A stretch of DNA of 60,258 bases from a virus. Its lineage: Duplodnaviria > Caudoviricetes. The translations under genes were made by a program, and so were the position numbers. Shown one piece after another: positions 35,507-45,184 of this stretch (its first letter is position 1; each line of letters opens with the position of its first letter). Under the pieces are notes generated by a model. It searched no databases. It saw nothing but the letters and a program-made list of their open reading frames with translations, and was not told the origin of the DNA. The stretch is taken from the IMG/VR virus record IMGVR_UViG_3300046002_006203, positions 1 to 60,258 of that record; one strand, 5' to 3'.

Positions 35507-36603
35507 TTACGAATATGGGTGTTGGCGATCCGCGCGCCGTGAAACGCTGGGCGACCAGTCTCGCCGTTGATACCGACAAGCAGTCCTATTTCAGCCAGCG
35601 TTTTGTTGGCGAGGGCGAAAACAACATCATCGAACGCAAGGTGGATCTGGAAGACGACGCGGGCGACCGCATCCAGTTCGACCTTTCGATGCGCCTGCGC
35701 GGCGGCATGACCTTCGGCGATGATGTGATCGAAGGCTCCGAAGAGGCGCTGACGTTCTACTCGGATGAAGTCCGCATCGACCAAGCGCGTAAGGGCGCAT
35801 CGGCGGGTGGTCGCATGACCCGCAAGCGCACGCTGCAAAACCTGCGCCGGATCGCCAAGGACCGCACCTCCGAATACATGGCTGAATGGATTGACGAAGG
35901 CTTCTTTGTCTACCTGTCGGGCGACTCGACGTTCTCGGCAGTGAACCAAGACGCCAAGTTCGGTGAGGCATTCGCTGGCAACGCCGTGACCGCGCCCGAC
36001 GCCTCGCACATCGTCTATGGCGGCGCTGCAACCTCGAAGGCAACCATCGCAGCGACCGACAAAATGTCGATGGCTCTGCTGGAGCGCCTGTCGGTGAAGC
36101 CTCGCATGATGAACGCGGTGAACCCCGATGTGGTCAAGCTGTCGCCCATCACCGTGGACGGGGCCAAGCGGTTCGTCGTCCTCATGTCGCCGTTCCAAGC
36201 GCACGCGCTCCGCACCGAAACCGGCGATCTGTCGTGGCAGAAGATTTCGCAGGCGCTGGCAACCTCGGAAGGCCGCAACTCGCCCATCGTCAAGGGCGGC
36301 ATGGGCCTCGTCAACGGCTTGGTCTTGCACGAGCATGAAACTGTGCGCCGGTTCAGCGATTACGGTGCCGGTTCCAACATCGCCGCTGCCCGCGCCCTGT
36401 TGCTGGGCCGCCAAGCTGGCGTCGTGGCCTACGGTGCCGGTGGCAATGGCACTCGCATGACGTGGGTGGAGAAGATGTTCGACGCCGACAACCAAGTCGC
36501 AATTTACTGCGGCGTCATTATGGGCATCAAGAAGACCGTGTTCAACGGCCTCGACTTCGGCGTTGTCGCTGTCGATACCGCCTGCGCTGATCCCAACGCC
36601 TGA
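35503..36603 (+). CDS. Major capsid protein (N4-gp56/DUF4043-like)
   Basis: DL..DAGDRIQFDL..L.G...GD...EG.EE.L; position after the scaffold; AAGGAG RBS. Confidence 0.9.
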   Translation: MLTNMGVGDPRAVKRWATSLAVDTDKQSYFSQRFVGEGENNIIERKVDLEDDAGDRIQFDLSMRLRGGMTFGDDVIEGSEEALTFYSDEVRIDQARKGASAGGRMTRKRTLQNLRRIAKDRTSEYMAEWIDEGFFVYLSGDSTFSAVNQDAKFGEAFAGNAVTAPDASHIVYGGAATSKATIAATDKMSMALLERLSVKPRMMNAVNPDVVKLSPITVDGAKRFVVLMSPFQAHALRTETGDLSWQKISQALATSEGRNSPIVKGGMGLVNGLVLHEHETVRRFSDYGAGSNIAAARALLLGRQAGVVAYGAGGNGTRMTWVEKMFDADNQVAIYCGVIMGIKKTVFNGLDFGVVAVDTACADPNA

Positions 36604-36677
36604 TCGCTCTGATGCTGGCGGCCCCGTGACTGGGGCTGCCACCACCCAATCCCACGCCAGCACAAGGAATCCCTCCC

Positions 36678-37121
36678 ATGGCGATCAAACAGACCAAGTT
36701 TTTCAAGGGCATGTCGCGCACGCCGGTTGGGCATCCCCACAAGGCGGGCCACACCACCACCCACCTGTTCACCCATGTTTTCACCGAGGCTGTCGCTACC
36801 ACCGATATCCTCGAATTGATCCCGCTGGCCCCCGGCTTGCGCGTGGTCGAATGCACCGTCAACACCGAGAACATCGCGGCCACCAACCTGACCGTTGGCA
36901 TCATGTCGGGCAGTGTCGGCTCTCTGGATGCGGCGCGCACGTCTGGTGATGAACTTGTCGCGGCGCAAGTCTCCGGCACCGAGTATTCCTCGTCGCTGCT
37001 GAAACTGGCCGCGCTGGCTAAGAACGGCGACACCGCCAAGTCGATTGGCCTCAAGGTCAGTGCTGACGTGGCAGCCGGTGCGACGAAGAAGCTGCACGTC
37101 AAACTCGTCGTCTCGTCCTGA
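36678..37121 (+). CDS. Virion structural (decoration-like) protein
   Basis: Follows the capsid gene; beta-rich 147 aa. Confidence 0.65.
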   Translation: MAIKQTKFFKGMSRTPVGHPHKAGHTTTHLFTHVFTEAVATTDILELIPLAPGLRVVECTVNTENIAATNLTVGIMSGSVGSLDAARTSGDELVAAQVSGTEYSSSLLKLAALAKNGDTAKSIGLKVSADVAAGATKKLHVKLVVSS

Positions 37122-37206
37122 TCTGCAACCCGTAATCGCGGGTGACGCCTTGGCCTGTCATATGGGCCAAGGCATTTCCACAACCCCAGCATCGTAGGAA
37201 CCTGCC

Positions 37207-37740
37207 ATGTCCGACTTTCCCGCAATGATCGTTGAGTCCATCCTGAAACGCGCCGGTGGGTCCGTTATCCCCATGGGCAACGTCAAATATCACTTCAAAG
37301 ATGATGGTCAGGATCGGCATGTCGCCATCGTCTCGGACCCCGATCACTTCGCCAAATTCATCAGCATCACCGAAGGCTTCCGCATTGTGGGCGTGGCCGA
37401 AGCCGCGACCGCCATCCCCGCCGTTGCGCTCGGCGTCCAGCCCGCGCCCGTGGCCCCCGTTGTGGCCCCCGTTGTGGCTCCTGTCGCCACCACGATCACC
37501 CCGACGCCCGCACCGGCCCAGACCGTGACCGATACCGTCGCCGCTGCTGAACAGGTCACGGAAGGCGCGCCGGTGCCTGACACCTCTGCACAGGTCATGC
37601 TGGAAAGCCTGTCGCTGGAAGAACTGCGCGCCGTTTTCCAGACCGAAGTGGGCCGCAAGCCTTCCGAAAAGGCCAAGGCCGACACCCTGATTGCAATGAT
37701 CGAGTCCACCCGCGCCGAGCGCATCGCCGCAGGCAAGTAA
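37207..37740 (+). CDS. Virion-associated hypothetical protein
   Basis: Globular N-terminus, P/A/V/T linker, small C-terminal helical domain. Confidence 0.65.
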   Translation: MSDFPAMIVESILKRAGGSVIPMGNVKYHFKDDGQDRHVAIVSDPDHFAKFISITEGFRIVGVAEAATAIPAVALGVQPAPVAPVVAPVVAPVATTITPTPAPAQTVTDTVAAAEQVTEGAPVPDTSAQVMLESLSLEELRAVFQTEVGRKPSEKAKADTLIAMIESTRAERIAAGK

Positions 37741-37776
37741 GGCCGGTCAATCGAACCCATAGTGGAGGCGTGAGCC

Positions 37777-38493
37777 GTGACTTTTACAGCCGCCGATGTT
37801 TTCGCCTCCGCTTCCTCGACCCTGCTTGACCCGTCCTATCGCCGCTGGACTGTTCCGACCCTGCGCGATTACCTGAATGATGGCCTGCGCGCGATCATCA
37901 ACGCCAAGCCCAATGCCAACACCAAGACCGTCACGCTGACTCTCGTCGCTGGGTCGCTCCAATCCCTTCCGGCCACCTATACCGTGCTGTCGCGCGTGAC
38001 CCGCAATCTGACCATCGCCCATGGCGTAGCGGGCGGCCCAGCCGGTGCAGCCGCGATCCGCCCGCTGCGAAGCCGCGATCTGCTGGATGCCATGATCCCC
38101 GACTGGCAGAGCAACGACAGCCTGCAACACGATATCGTCAAGCACGTCATTTATGATCTGGCTGACCCGCGCCGCTTCTATGTGGCCCCCGCGAATGACG
38201 GGACTGGCAAGGTTGAGGCGGTTGTGGGCGCATATCCCGCGATCATCGGCCCCGCAGCGTCAAACCCCGATCAGGCATCATCCTATGCCGCCGCCGTTGT
38301 GGATCTGCCCGACCTCTACAAGAATCCGCTCGTGGATTACGTCCTCTATCGCGCCTTTTCGATGGACTCTGGCGTGCAGGCCTCAGAGGCCCGCGCGCAA
38401 AAGCACATGGCAGAGTTCCAGAATGCAATCAGCCAAACCGCCCAAGGCGAAGCCGCAATGACGCTCGGCGCAACCCTGCAAGCTGGAGGCTAA
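37777..38493 (+). CDS. Head-tail adaptor-like protein
   Basis: L.D....RWT...L..YLNDG; LVDYVLYRAFSMD. Confidence 0.7.
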   Translation: MTFTAADVFASASSTLLDPSYRRWTVPTLRDYLNDGLRAIINAKPNANTKTVTLTLVAGSLQSLPATYTVLSRVTRNLTIAHGVAGGPAGAAAIRPLRSRDLLDAMIPDWQSNDSLQHDIVKHVIYDLADPRRFYVAPANDGTGKVEAVVGAYPAIIGPAASNPDQASSYAAAVVDLPDLYKNPLVDYVLYRAFSMDSGVQASEARAQKHMAEFQNAISQTAQGEAAMTLGATLQAGG

Positions 38494-38504
38494 GGGACAC
38501 CATC

Positions 38505-39170
38505 ATGTCAGCGCCCAACACCCCCCTGTCCGCGTTCCTGCCCTATGTCCTGCCATATGTGGCAGCCTGTCCTGATCCGGTGGCCGAGTTTCACCTTCGC
38601 ATGGCTGCAATCGAGTTCTGTGAGCGCACCCGCTGCTGGCGGCACATCATCACTGTGGCCGTGGCAGCGAACAACCAGACCATCGCGGCCCCGAAATACT
38701 CGACCATCCACGAAATCGAGCAGGCCACATTCAATGGCAAGCCGCTCAATCCGACCCAATACACCGATGCCCAGCCCGACGAGTTGACCGGCCTGACTTC
38801 CACCGGCGAACCAGTCAACATCACCCAGATCGAAAGCGGGGTAGTGGCGCTCTATCCGTTCAAGACCGGCACGCTCCGCCTCTCTGCGTTCTTGAAGCCC
38901 ATGCACGGCAGCGCCTTCGGCCTGAACCGCCTCGACCCGCTGTCAGACGCCTACAACGTGGTGCCTGAGTTCATGCTCCGCCAGCACGCGGAAACCATCG
39001 CACGCGGCGCGCTGGCCCGCATCTACGCCCTGCCGGATGAGAAGTTCTCCAACACCAACAACGCGCTGTTCTACGCCAAAATGTTCGATGAAGCGTGCGG
39101 CCGCAATTTTGCATCGCACCTCAAAGGCCAGCAGCGCGCGCCGATCCGCACCAAAGCACAGTGGATGTGA
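38505..39170 (+). CDS. Second adaptor or tail-tube-like protein
   Basis: AAIEFCERTRCW; E.IA.GALAR. Confidence 0.65.
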   Translation: MSAPNTPLSAFLPYVLPYVAACPDPVAEFHLRMAAIEFCERTRCWRHIITVAVAANNQTIAAPKYSTIHEIEQATFNGKPLNPTQYTDAQPDELTGLTSTGEPVNITQIESGVVALYPFKTGTLRLSAFLKPMHGSAFGLNRLDPLSDAYNVVPEFMLRQHAETIARGALARIYALPDEKFSNTNNALFYAKMFDEACGRNFASHLKGQQRAPIRTKAQWM

Positions 39171-39173
39171 TCC

Positions 39174-40895
39174 ATGAAGATCGCGCTTGCCAACTTCCAA
39201 GGTGAAATCCCGCGCCTCGAACCGCGTGCGCTTCCGATCAACTATGCCTCAGTGTCCAAGAACACCAACTTCGACAACGGAATCCTTAGCCCGCTGCGGT
39301 CAACAAGCGTGTCCCATACCTTTGGCGCTGATGTGTCGTCCTTCTACCTCTTCAACGCGACATGGCTTGGCTGGTCTGGGATTGTCGATGTGGCCCCCGC
39401 GCCGGTCGCATCTGACCGCATCTATTACACCGGCGATGGCGCTCCGAAGGTGCGCGATGGTGCAACTGTCTATGCTCTGGCCCTGCCAGCGCCCGTCGCG
39501 GCCCCGACTGTCGTAAACCTGACCTCGCCAGATCCAAACTTTCTGGAGGCGACGTATTTCAGCTATACCTACGTCACGTCGCTGGGCGAAGAGTCGGCCC
39601 CGTCGCCGCTGTCGGCTGTTCTGGATACCTCTGCTGGCATCGTGGTGCGCGTCAACGGCTTCACCGCCCCGCCCGCTGGCCGCGCGATCACCACCTTCCG
39701 AATCTACCGCAGCCAAACATCGGCCACGGGCGCGACCGCCTTCTTCTTTGTGGCCGATCTTCCCATTGCCTCTTCGCTCTACGACCACGACATGACGGCA
39801 ACCCCGCTTGGCGAGTTGATTTCGTCCACGGACTTCGACACCCCGCCCGATACCCTGACCGGACTGACCGCCATGCCAAACGGCATGATGGCGGCCTTCA
39901 CCGGCAAGGACGTGTATTTCTGCGAACCTTACAAGCCGCACGCATGGCCTGAAAAGTATGTCCTGACCATGGACTATACCATCGTCGGGCTGTCTGCATT
40001 TGGATCAAACCTTGCCGTTCTGACCACCGGAACGCCCTATATCCTGCAAGGCACGCACCCCGACTCCATGGCCTCCGAGAAGATGGAAAGCGGTCTGCCC
40101 TGCCTGTCACGGCGTGGGATTGTCGATGTTGGTTATGCGGCGATCTATCCGTCAACTGAAGGGCTGGCGATGATTTCCTCTACCGATGTGAAGGTCATAT
40201 CGAAGGGGGTGTTCACACGGGAGCAATGGCGGTCCTTCTCTCCTGATACCATCGTGGCTGAGCGGTTCCGCGGTCAATACCTGTTTCTCCGCAATGTCTC
40301 AGCCTTCACCGTCTACAACGGCAATGGTCCGTCCGGTTACACCGAGTTGGAGCGCACCGATCTGGTAGGATCTGGCCCGACTCTGGCCGGTGATCCGCTG
40401 TCCTATGTGGTGATTTCAGGCGGGACGCCGGATTCCAGCTTTGGCGAACAGCGCCTTGGCATCATTGATCTGGAAGGCGAGTCCCCCTTCTTTGTCCAAA
40501 CCGATCTGGCCCGACCGAAGGCCATGCTCAATGACGTGAGCAGCGGCAACCTGTTCTTGCTCGACACAGACGCGCGATCCGTGAAGCTGTGGGAAGACCC
40601 GTCAGCCGCCCCCTCGGTGGCAAACTGGCAATCCAAGCTGTTCTCGTCCTTCATGCCAGCCTCAATTGGCGCAGTCTTTGTCCGCACCGCACGCCCCCTG
40701 CTGACCGAGGATAGCTTCGCCGTCCGCATCTATGCCGATGGCGTTCTGGTGGACACCATATCGCAGGCCAACAGCGCCGAGCGCGTGGCTGCATTCGGTC
40801 TGGCGCAGGAATGGGTGTTCGAGGTCGCAAGCAATGTGCCGGTGGTGTCTGTGACCGCAGCATCGACCATTGATGAACTGATGGAGGCGGCATGA
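39174..40895 (+). CDS. Tail nozzle or stabilisation protein
   Basis: F.GEIPR..P..LP; YTYVT..GEESAPSP; MPNGMMAAF.G..VYFCEPY.PHAWP. Confidence 0.75.
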   Translation: MKIALANFQGEIPRLEPRALPINYASVSKNTNFDNGILSPLRSTSVSHTFGADVSSFYLFNATWLGWSGIVDVAPAPVASDRIYYTGDGAPKVRDGATVYALALPAPVAAPTVVNLTSPDPNFLEATYFSYTYVTSLGEESAPSPLSAVLDTSAGIVVRVNGFTAPPAGRAITTFRIYRSQTSATGATAFFFVADLPIASSLYDHDMTATPLGELISSTDFDTPPDTLTGLTAMPNGMMAAFTGKDVYFCEPYKPHAWPEKYVLTMDYTIVGLSAFGSNLAVLTTGTPYILQGTHPDSMASEKMESGLPCLSRRGIVDVGYAAIYPSTEGLAMISSTDVKVISKGVFTREQWRSFSPDTIVAERFRGQYLFLRNVSAFTVYNGNGPSGYTELERTDLVGSGPTLAGDPLSYVVISGGTPDSSFGEQRLGIIDLEGESPFFVQTDLARPKAMLNDVSSGNLFLLDTDARSVKLWEDPSAAPSVANWQSKLFSSFMPASIGAVFVRTARPLLTEDSFAVRIYADGVLVDTISQANSAERVAAFGLAQEWVFEVASNVPVVSVTAASTIDELMEAA

Positions 40896-41437
40896 CAAAC
40901 CCCCGTGGCACATTCCGCGAAGAGCGCCTTGATGAACTGGCTGGCACGCGCGGCAAGGATGAAAGCCGCGCCGTCCGCAAGGGTGAGGTGGAAGGTGAAG
41001 CATTCGGGGCGGCGAAGTCGTTGCTGGCCTTGAACCTGTTTAGCCGCAGCGCATCCCTTGGCGCTGATGTGGCCCTAACTGTGGCAAACCAGTGGTATGA
41101 TGGACCGTTCATCGCGCTGACTTCCGGTCTGTGGATCGTGATGGCGCAGGCGCAACATCGCAATGATGCAGCAGTTGGCTCAAGTGGGCAGTTCGTGGCG
41201 CGGATCTGGGATGGCGCGGCGGTGCTGTCGGCTTCTGAAATGACCCATGACACCGCATCCGGCTCCGCACGCACGCTCTTTATGACAGCAATAGTCTCAA
41301 TCAAGGCCAACAAGCTGCTGACCTTGCAGGCGCGCTCGAATGTCGGAAGCGCAAACCTGAAACTCAAGGCCACAGCCCCCGCCGCTGGGGCTGATCTTGT
41401 CGCAACCCGCATCACTGCAATGCGCTTCGGAGGCTGA
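40892..41437 (+). CDS. Tail-associated protein
   Basis: GGAGG RBS; E.LDELAG.RG....AVR N-terminus. Confidence 0.65.
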   Translation: MTNPRGTFREERLDELAGTRGKDESRAVRKGEVEGEAFGAAKSLLALNLFSRSASLGADVALTVANQWYDGPFIALTSGLWIVMAQAQHRNDAAVGSSGQFVARIWDGAAVLSASEMTHDTASGSARTLFMTAIVSIKANKLLTLQARSNVGSANLKLKATAPAAGADLVATRITAMRFGG

Positions 41438-41440
41438 CCC

Positions 41441-42502
41441 ATGGTCGATGTTCTCGCTCGTTTCCTTCTCCGCTGCGGCACAAGCACGCTATGGGCTTCG
41501 GTGAACCCGACCCTTGCCGCTGGTGAGCCTGCCTTTGAAACCGACACCAAGATGATGTGCGTGGGGGATGGCGTCACCGTCTACACCTCGCTGCCCAAGT
41601 TTTCTTCTGCAAGCGCGGTCGGTCAGTCCATTCTGACGGCGGCAGACGTGGCGGCTGTCCAGACTGCCATCGGGGCAAGCGCGCTAGGTAAGACGCTTTT
41701 GACTGCGGCTGATGCTGCCGCCGTGCGAACAGCCATCGGATCAGTCATTGGCACCGACGTTCAGGCCCATAATGCCAATCTAGCGGCTCTGGCTGCCATT
41801 GCCGGTATCGAAGGCGATCTGATTTATCGCAGTGCGACTGGATGGGCGCGACTTTCTAAAGGCATAGCCGGTCAGGTTCTCGCGCAAAATGCTGGACTGA
41901 CTGCGCCTGAGTGGATCACGAAAAACGGTGATGTGAACCTGCAAGTCTTCACCGCGTCTGGAACCTACACCCCGACTGCCGGATACAAGAAGGCTCTTGT
42001 GATCTGCACTGGTGGGGGTCGAGGCGGTGGGAGTGGTCCGACAGGTTCGAATGGTCCGGGTGGCGACGGCGGCGCGACGGCTATAACTGTCATTGACATA
42101 TCTGCTGCAACCCCAAGCGCTGTTACAATCGGCGCGGGGGGCGCTGGTGCGACTTCTGGTGCTTCTACTGGAGCGCCCGGTTCGGCTGGCGGAACTACTT
42201 CGTTGGCCTCTCTGTGTTCAGCAACAGGCGGGGGAGTTACCTATGCGGTGACTGGAATCTTTGGGATTCAAGGTGCCGCTGGTGCCAATAGAGATCAGGA
42301 CGGAAACGGTGGGGCTTCATTTTGGGGTGGTGGTGCGCCATCAACAGTGGTCCCTACCGGCGCGTCTGGGGAAACAGGTCAGTCTGCAACTGTCTATGGC
42401 AGCGGTGGCGGCGGCGGCGCGGGCGGCTCTGGGTCTGGTGCGACCAAGGGCGCGGGCGGCACTGGCGCGGCAGGCGTCGCGTTCATTCTCGAATTCAAGT
42501 GA
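41441..42502 (+). CDS. Tail fibre (Gly-rich C-terminal domain)
   Basis: W...NP.LA.GE..FETDT....GDG attachment motif; FTASGTYTP..GGG..G Gly-rich domain. Confidence 0.75.
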   Translation: MVDVLARFLLRCGTSTLWASVNPTLAAGEPAFETDTKMMCVGDGVTVYTSLPKFSSASAVGQSILTAADVAAVQTAIGASALGKTLLTAADAAAVRTAIGSVIGTDVQAHNANLAALAAIAGIEGDLIYRSATGWARLSKGIAGQVLAQNAGLTAPEWITKNGDVNLQVFTASGTYTPTAGYKKALVICTGGGRGGGSGPTGSNGPGGDGGATAITVIDISAATPSAVTIGAGGAGATSGASTGAPGSAGGTTSLASLCSATGGGVTYAVTGIFGIQGAAGANRDQDGNGGASFWGGGAPSTVVPTGASGETGQSATVYGSGGGGGAGGSGSGATKGAGGTGAAGVAFILEFK

Positions 42503-42510
42503 GGCACAAG

Positions 42511-42936
42511 ATGAAGTTGGCAGAAATCAAAGACGGTGTGGTCGTCAACATCATCGTGGTTGATCCGAGTGCGATTCCAGACTGGTGCGCCGACTGGCCG
42601 ACCGCCGTAGGTGATGTTCGGATCGGCAGCGCTTATACTGATGGGGTGTTTTTATCCCAAGCAATAAATGACCCGCCTGCACCAACCATTGGAGAAATCC
42701 GCGCGCAGATGGTGTGCAGCCCGATGCAGGGGAAATTGGCGCTTGGGCAAGCCGAATGGTCCAAGATCGAATCCTACCGCGACATTGAAGCCACATGGGC
42801 GCAGCGTGTCGTTATCGACAGCGCGCAGGAATGGCGGCGGTTGAGCGAGGATATCCAGTTCTTCGGCTACCTGCTGCAATATACCGACGAGCAGATGGAC
42901 GCGCTTTTCATCGCAGCCATGCAGATTTCAGCCTGA
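42511..42936 (+). CDS. Tail fibre-associated or chaperone protein
   Basis: AEIKDGVVVNIIV..IG..Y.DG.F; C-terminal TDEQMDALF..A. Confidence 0.65.
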   Translation: MKLAEIKDGVVVNIIVVDPSAIPDWCADWPTAVGDVRIGSAYTDGVFLSQAINDPPAPTIGEIRAQMVCSPMQGKLALGQAEWSKIESYRDIEATWAQRVVIDSAQEWRRLSEDIQFFGYLLQYTDEQMDALFIAAMQISA

Positions 42937-42955
42937 CCAACAAGGAGCGCCTGCC

Positions 42956-43429
42956 ATGCACTTCTCCAAACGCGACCAACCGACCCTTCTGAAATACGGG
43001 CTTGAGGCCACCGGCGCCGTAGCCTTCCACAAGGATGCCATCGCCTTCGGGATCTACCCAGATCAGCCGACAGAAGACGTGGTGACGACTCTGCAAGGCG
43101 TCGGGGTGTTTCAGGATTTCACCACCGCCGAAGACGCGGAACTCCATATCGGCATGTTCGATGGCAAGCCGATGAACCGCACGATCATCAAGGCGTTCAC
43201 CAATCTGGCGTTCCACCCGCGCCTGTTCAATCTGCAACGCCTCTGGGTCAGCATTTCCGAGGACAACGCGACAGCGCAGGCAGCCGCCGTGCGCGTGGGC
43301 TTCCGGTTCGAGTTCCGAAAGCGGGGTGGATTTATGGGCGGCAAAGATGCTATCCTGCTGGCAATGGAGCGGCCCAACCCGATCCTCGCTGCTGCCAAGC
43401 GGAACGAAACCGAAGAAGTCGGCGTTTAA
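42956..43429 (+). CDS. GNAT-fold protein
   Basis: ISEDN..AQ....RVGFRFE...RGG....DAILLAM; usual podoviral position before the ejection genes. Confidence 0.7.
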   Translation: MHFSKRDQPTLLKYGLEATGAVAFHKDAIAFGIYPDQPTEDVVTTLQGVGVFQDFTTAEDAELHIGMFDGKPMNRTIIKAFTNLAFHPRLFNLQRLWVSISEDNATAQAAAVRVGFRFEFRKRGGFMGGKDAILLAMERPNPILAAAKRNETEEVGV

Positions 43430-43443
43430 CGCGAGGTAGAGTC

Positions 43444-44478
43444 ATGGGTAAGGCACCAAAGCCAGATCCGAACATCGGCATTGCAGCAAAGAAGTCGGCT
43501 GAAACCGGCGAAATGATGCTGAACTGGATGAAGGATCAGGCCCAGATCACGAATGGCTGGGCGACGGAAGATCGAGCGCGCGCAAAGACCGTGTTCGAGC
43601 CGATGCAAGATGCCTTCATTGCGGAGGCCAATGGCTTTGCATCGCCGGAGCGCAAGCAGGCCGCAGCCGATGCCGCCGCAGCCGATGTGGGGCTGCAAGC
43701 CGCGCAGGCAGGTGAGATTCAGAAGCGTCAGGCCATGGCAATGGGCGTCAACCCCATGTCTGGCCGGTTCATCAACGCCAGCGCCAAGGCTGGGACCGAT
43801 GCCGCATTGGCCGGGGCTGGCGCGGGGAACCTTGCGCGCCGCTCTGTAGACGATCAGGGTCGCCAGCTTCGGGCCGCAGCGGTCAACATGGGGTCAGGGC
43901 TGGCGGTCAACCCCGCTCAGTCCATGGGTATCTCGAATGGGGCTGTTCAAGCTGGAGGCGGCGCTGCCATGCAGGGCTATGGGCAGCAGGGCAACCTTCT
44001 GAACATGGACTTCCAGAACCGGATGCAGGCCTATCAGCAGCAACAGGCTGGCATTGGCGGCCTGTTCGGGGCGCTTGGCTCCGTTGCGGGCGCTTTGCCT
44101 GCTGGGTTCTTTGCTTCCTCCAAGGAAATCAAGCACGACAAGGCTCCAGTCGATGCCCTCGGCGCGATCCGCGATATGCCGGTCGAGCAATGGACCTATA
44201 ACGAGGGCGAAGGTGACGGAGGCACGCATGTCGGCCCCTATGCCGAGGATTTCCAAGCCGCCACCGGCGTTGGCGATGGCAAGAGCATCGACGCGATCAC
44301 CATGATGGGCCTGACCATGGGGGCCGTGCGCGAACTCGATGAAAAGGTCACGCAACTGCAAACGATCATGGGCGGTAAAGGCAAGCCGGATGCCAAAGCG
44401 CCAGCAATGGCGATGGGGGCTATCCAGCCGCAACAGCCCAGCAACAAGTCGCAGCGTGCGGTGAGGATGGCAGCATGA
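43444..44478 (+). CDS. Ejection or pilot protein with peptidase-S74-like C-terminal domain
   Basis: MGKAPKPDP start, Ala/Gly/Gln-rich; SSKEIKHD..PVEQWTY..HVGPYAEDF. Confidence 0.7.
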   Translation: MGKAPKPDPNIGIAAKKSAETGEMMLNWMKDQAQITNGWATEDRARAKTVFEPMQDAFIAEANGFASPERKQAAADAAAADVGLQAAQAGEIQKRQAMAMGVNPMSGRFINASAKAGTDAALAGAGAGNLARRSVDDQGRQLRAAAVNMGSGLAVNPAQSMGISNGAVQAGGGAAMQGYGQQGNLLNMDFQNRMQAYQQQQAGIGGLFGALGSVAGALPAGFFASSKEIKHDKAPVDALGAIRDMPVEQWTYNEGEGDGGTHVGPYAEDFQAATGVGDGKSIDAITMMGLTMGAVRELDEKVTQLQTIMGGKGKPDAKAPAMAMGAIQPQQPSNKSQRAVRMAA

Positions 44479-45173
44479 GCCTGTCAGCGTTTACCGGCTT
44501 TGCCAGTGGCTTTGCCAACTCCTATGGCGCACGCCGCGACCGTGAGGAAAGGGACGCCACCAAGGCCCGTCAGGACGCGCTGATTGCGGCCTATGGTGGC
44601 GCTGCTGGGGCTGGCGGCACTGGATACGCGCCAACGGGCGGCTTCGGGGCCAATCCGCAGGGCGGCACATATCCGGGCATGGATGGCACGCTGTTTGGCC
44701 TGATCGACAAGACCGAGGGCGGAGGTGCCTATGACACGCTCTACGGCCACTCCCAGAACGGTGGACGATTCGACAACATCGACGTGACCAAGATGAGTCT
44801 GAATGACCTCTATGCGTTTTCGGACCCGTCTGGGGAATACGGGCAATGGGTGAAGGCGAACAACCCGAAGGGCAACGTCGCAACCCCCATGGGGCGGCAT
44901 CAGATCGTCGGCACCACATTGCGCGCGGCGGCCACGGAAATGGGCTTGTCGCCTGATACGATTTTCACGCCGCAGACTCAGGACGCGATTGCTAACCACC
45001 TCGCCGGAAAGCGGATCGGTGGCGCAAAATCACCCGCTGCCAAACGCGCGGCCCTTCGCGCCGAGTGGGACGGGTTCAATGGCGTCTCTGATACCGCACT
45101 TGATGCCGCCATTGCCCAGTATGAGGCCAATGGTGGGATGCTTAAACCGCGCCCGATGGGCGTTCCGATGTAA
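44475..45173 (+). CDS. Virion-associated lysozyme-fold peptidoglycan hydrolase
   Basis: LI...EGGG.YD..YG; MGRHQIVGTTL; F.P.TQD.IA; EW.G. Confidence 0.75.
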   Translation: MSLSAFTGFASGFANSYGARRDREERDATKARQDALIAAYGGAAGAGGTGYAPTGGFGANPQGGTYPGMDGTLFGLIDKTEGGGAYDTLYGHSQNGGRFDNIDVTKMSLNDLYAFSDPSGEYGQWVKANNPKGNVATPMGRHQIVGTTLRAAATEMGLSPDTIFTPQTQDAIANHLAGKRIGGAKSPAAKRAALRAEWDGFNGVSDTALDAAIAQYEANGGMLKPRPMGVPM

Positions 45174-45184
45174 GGACCATCCCG

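Noticed and set aside
33697-39915. Further AGGACGTG matches inside the portal and nozzle genes
   Set aside because: Internal coding positions without the CAT 5' stem or an adjacent start codon.
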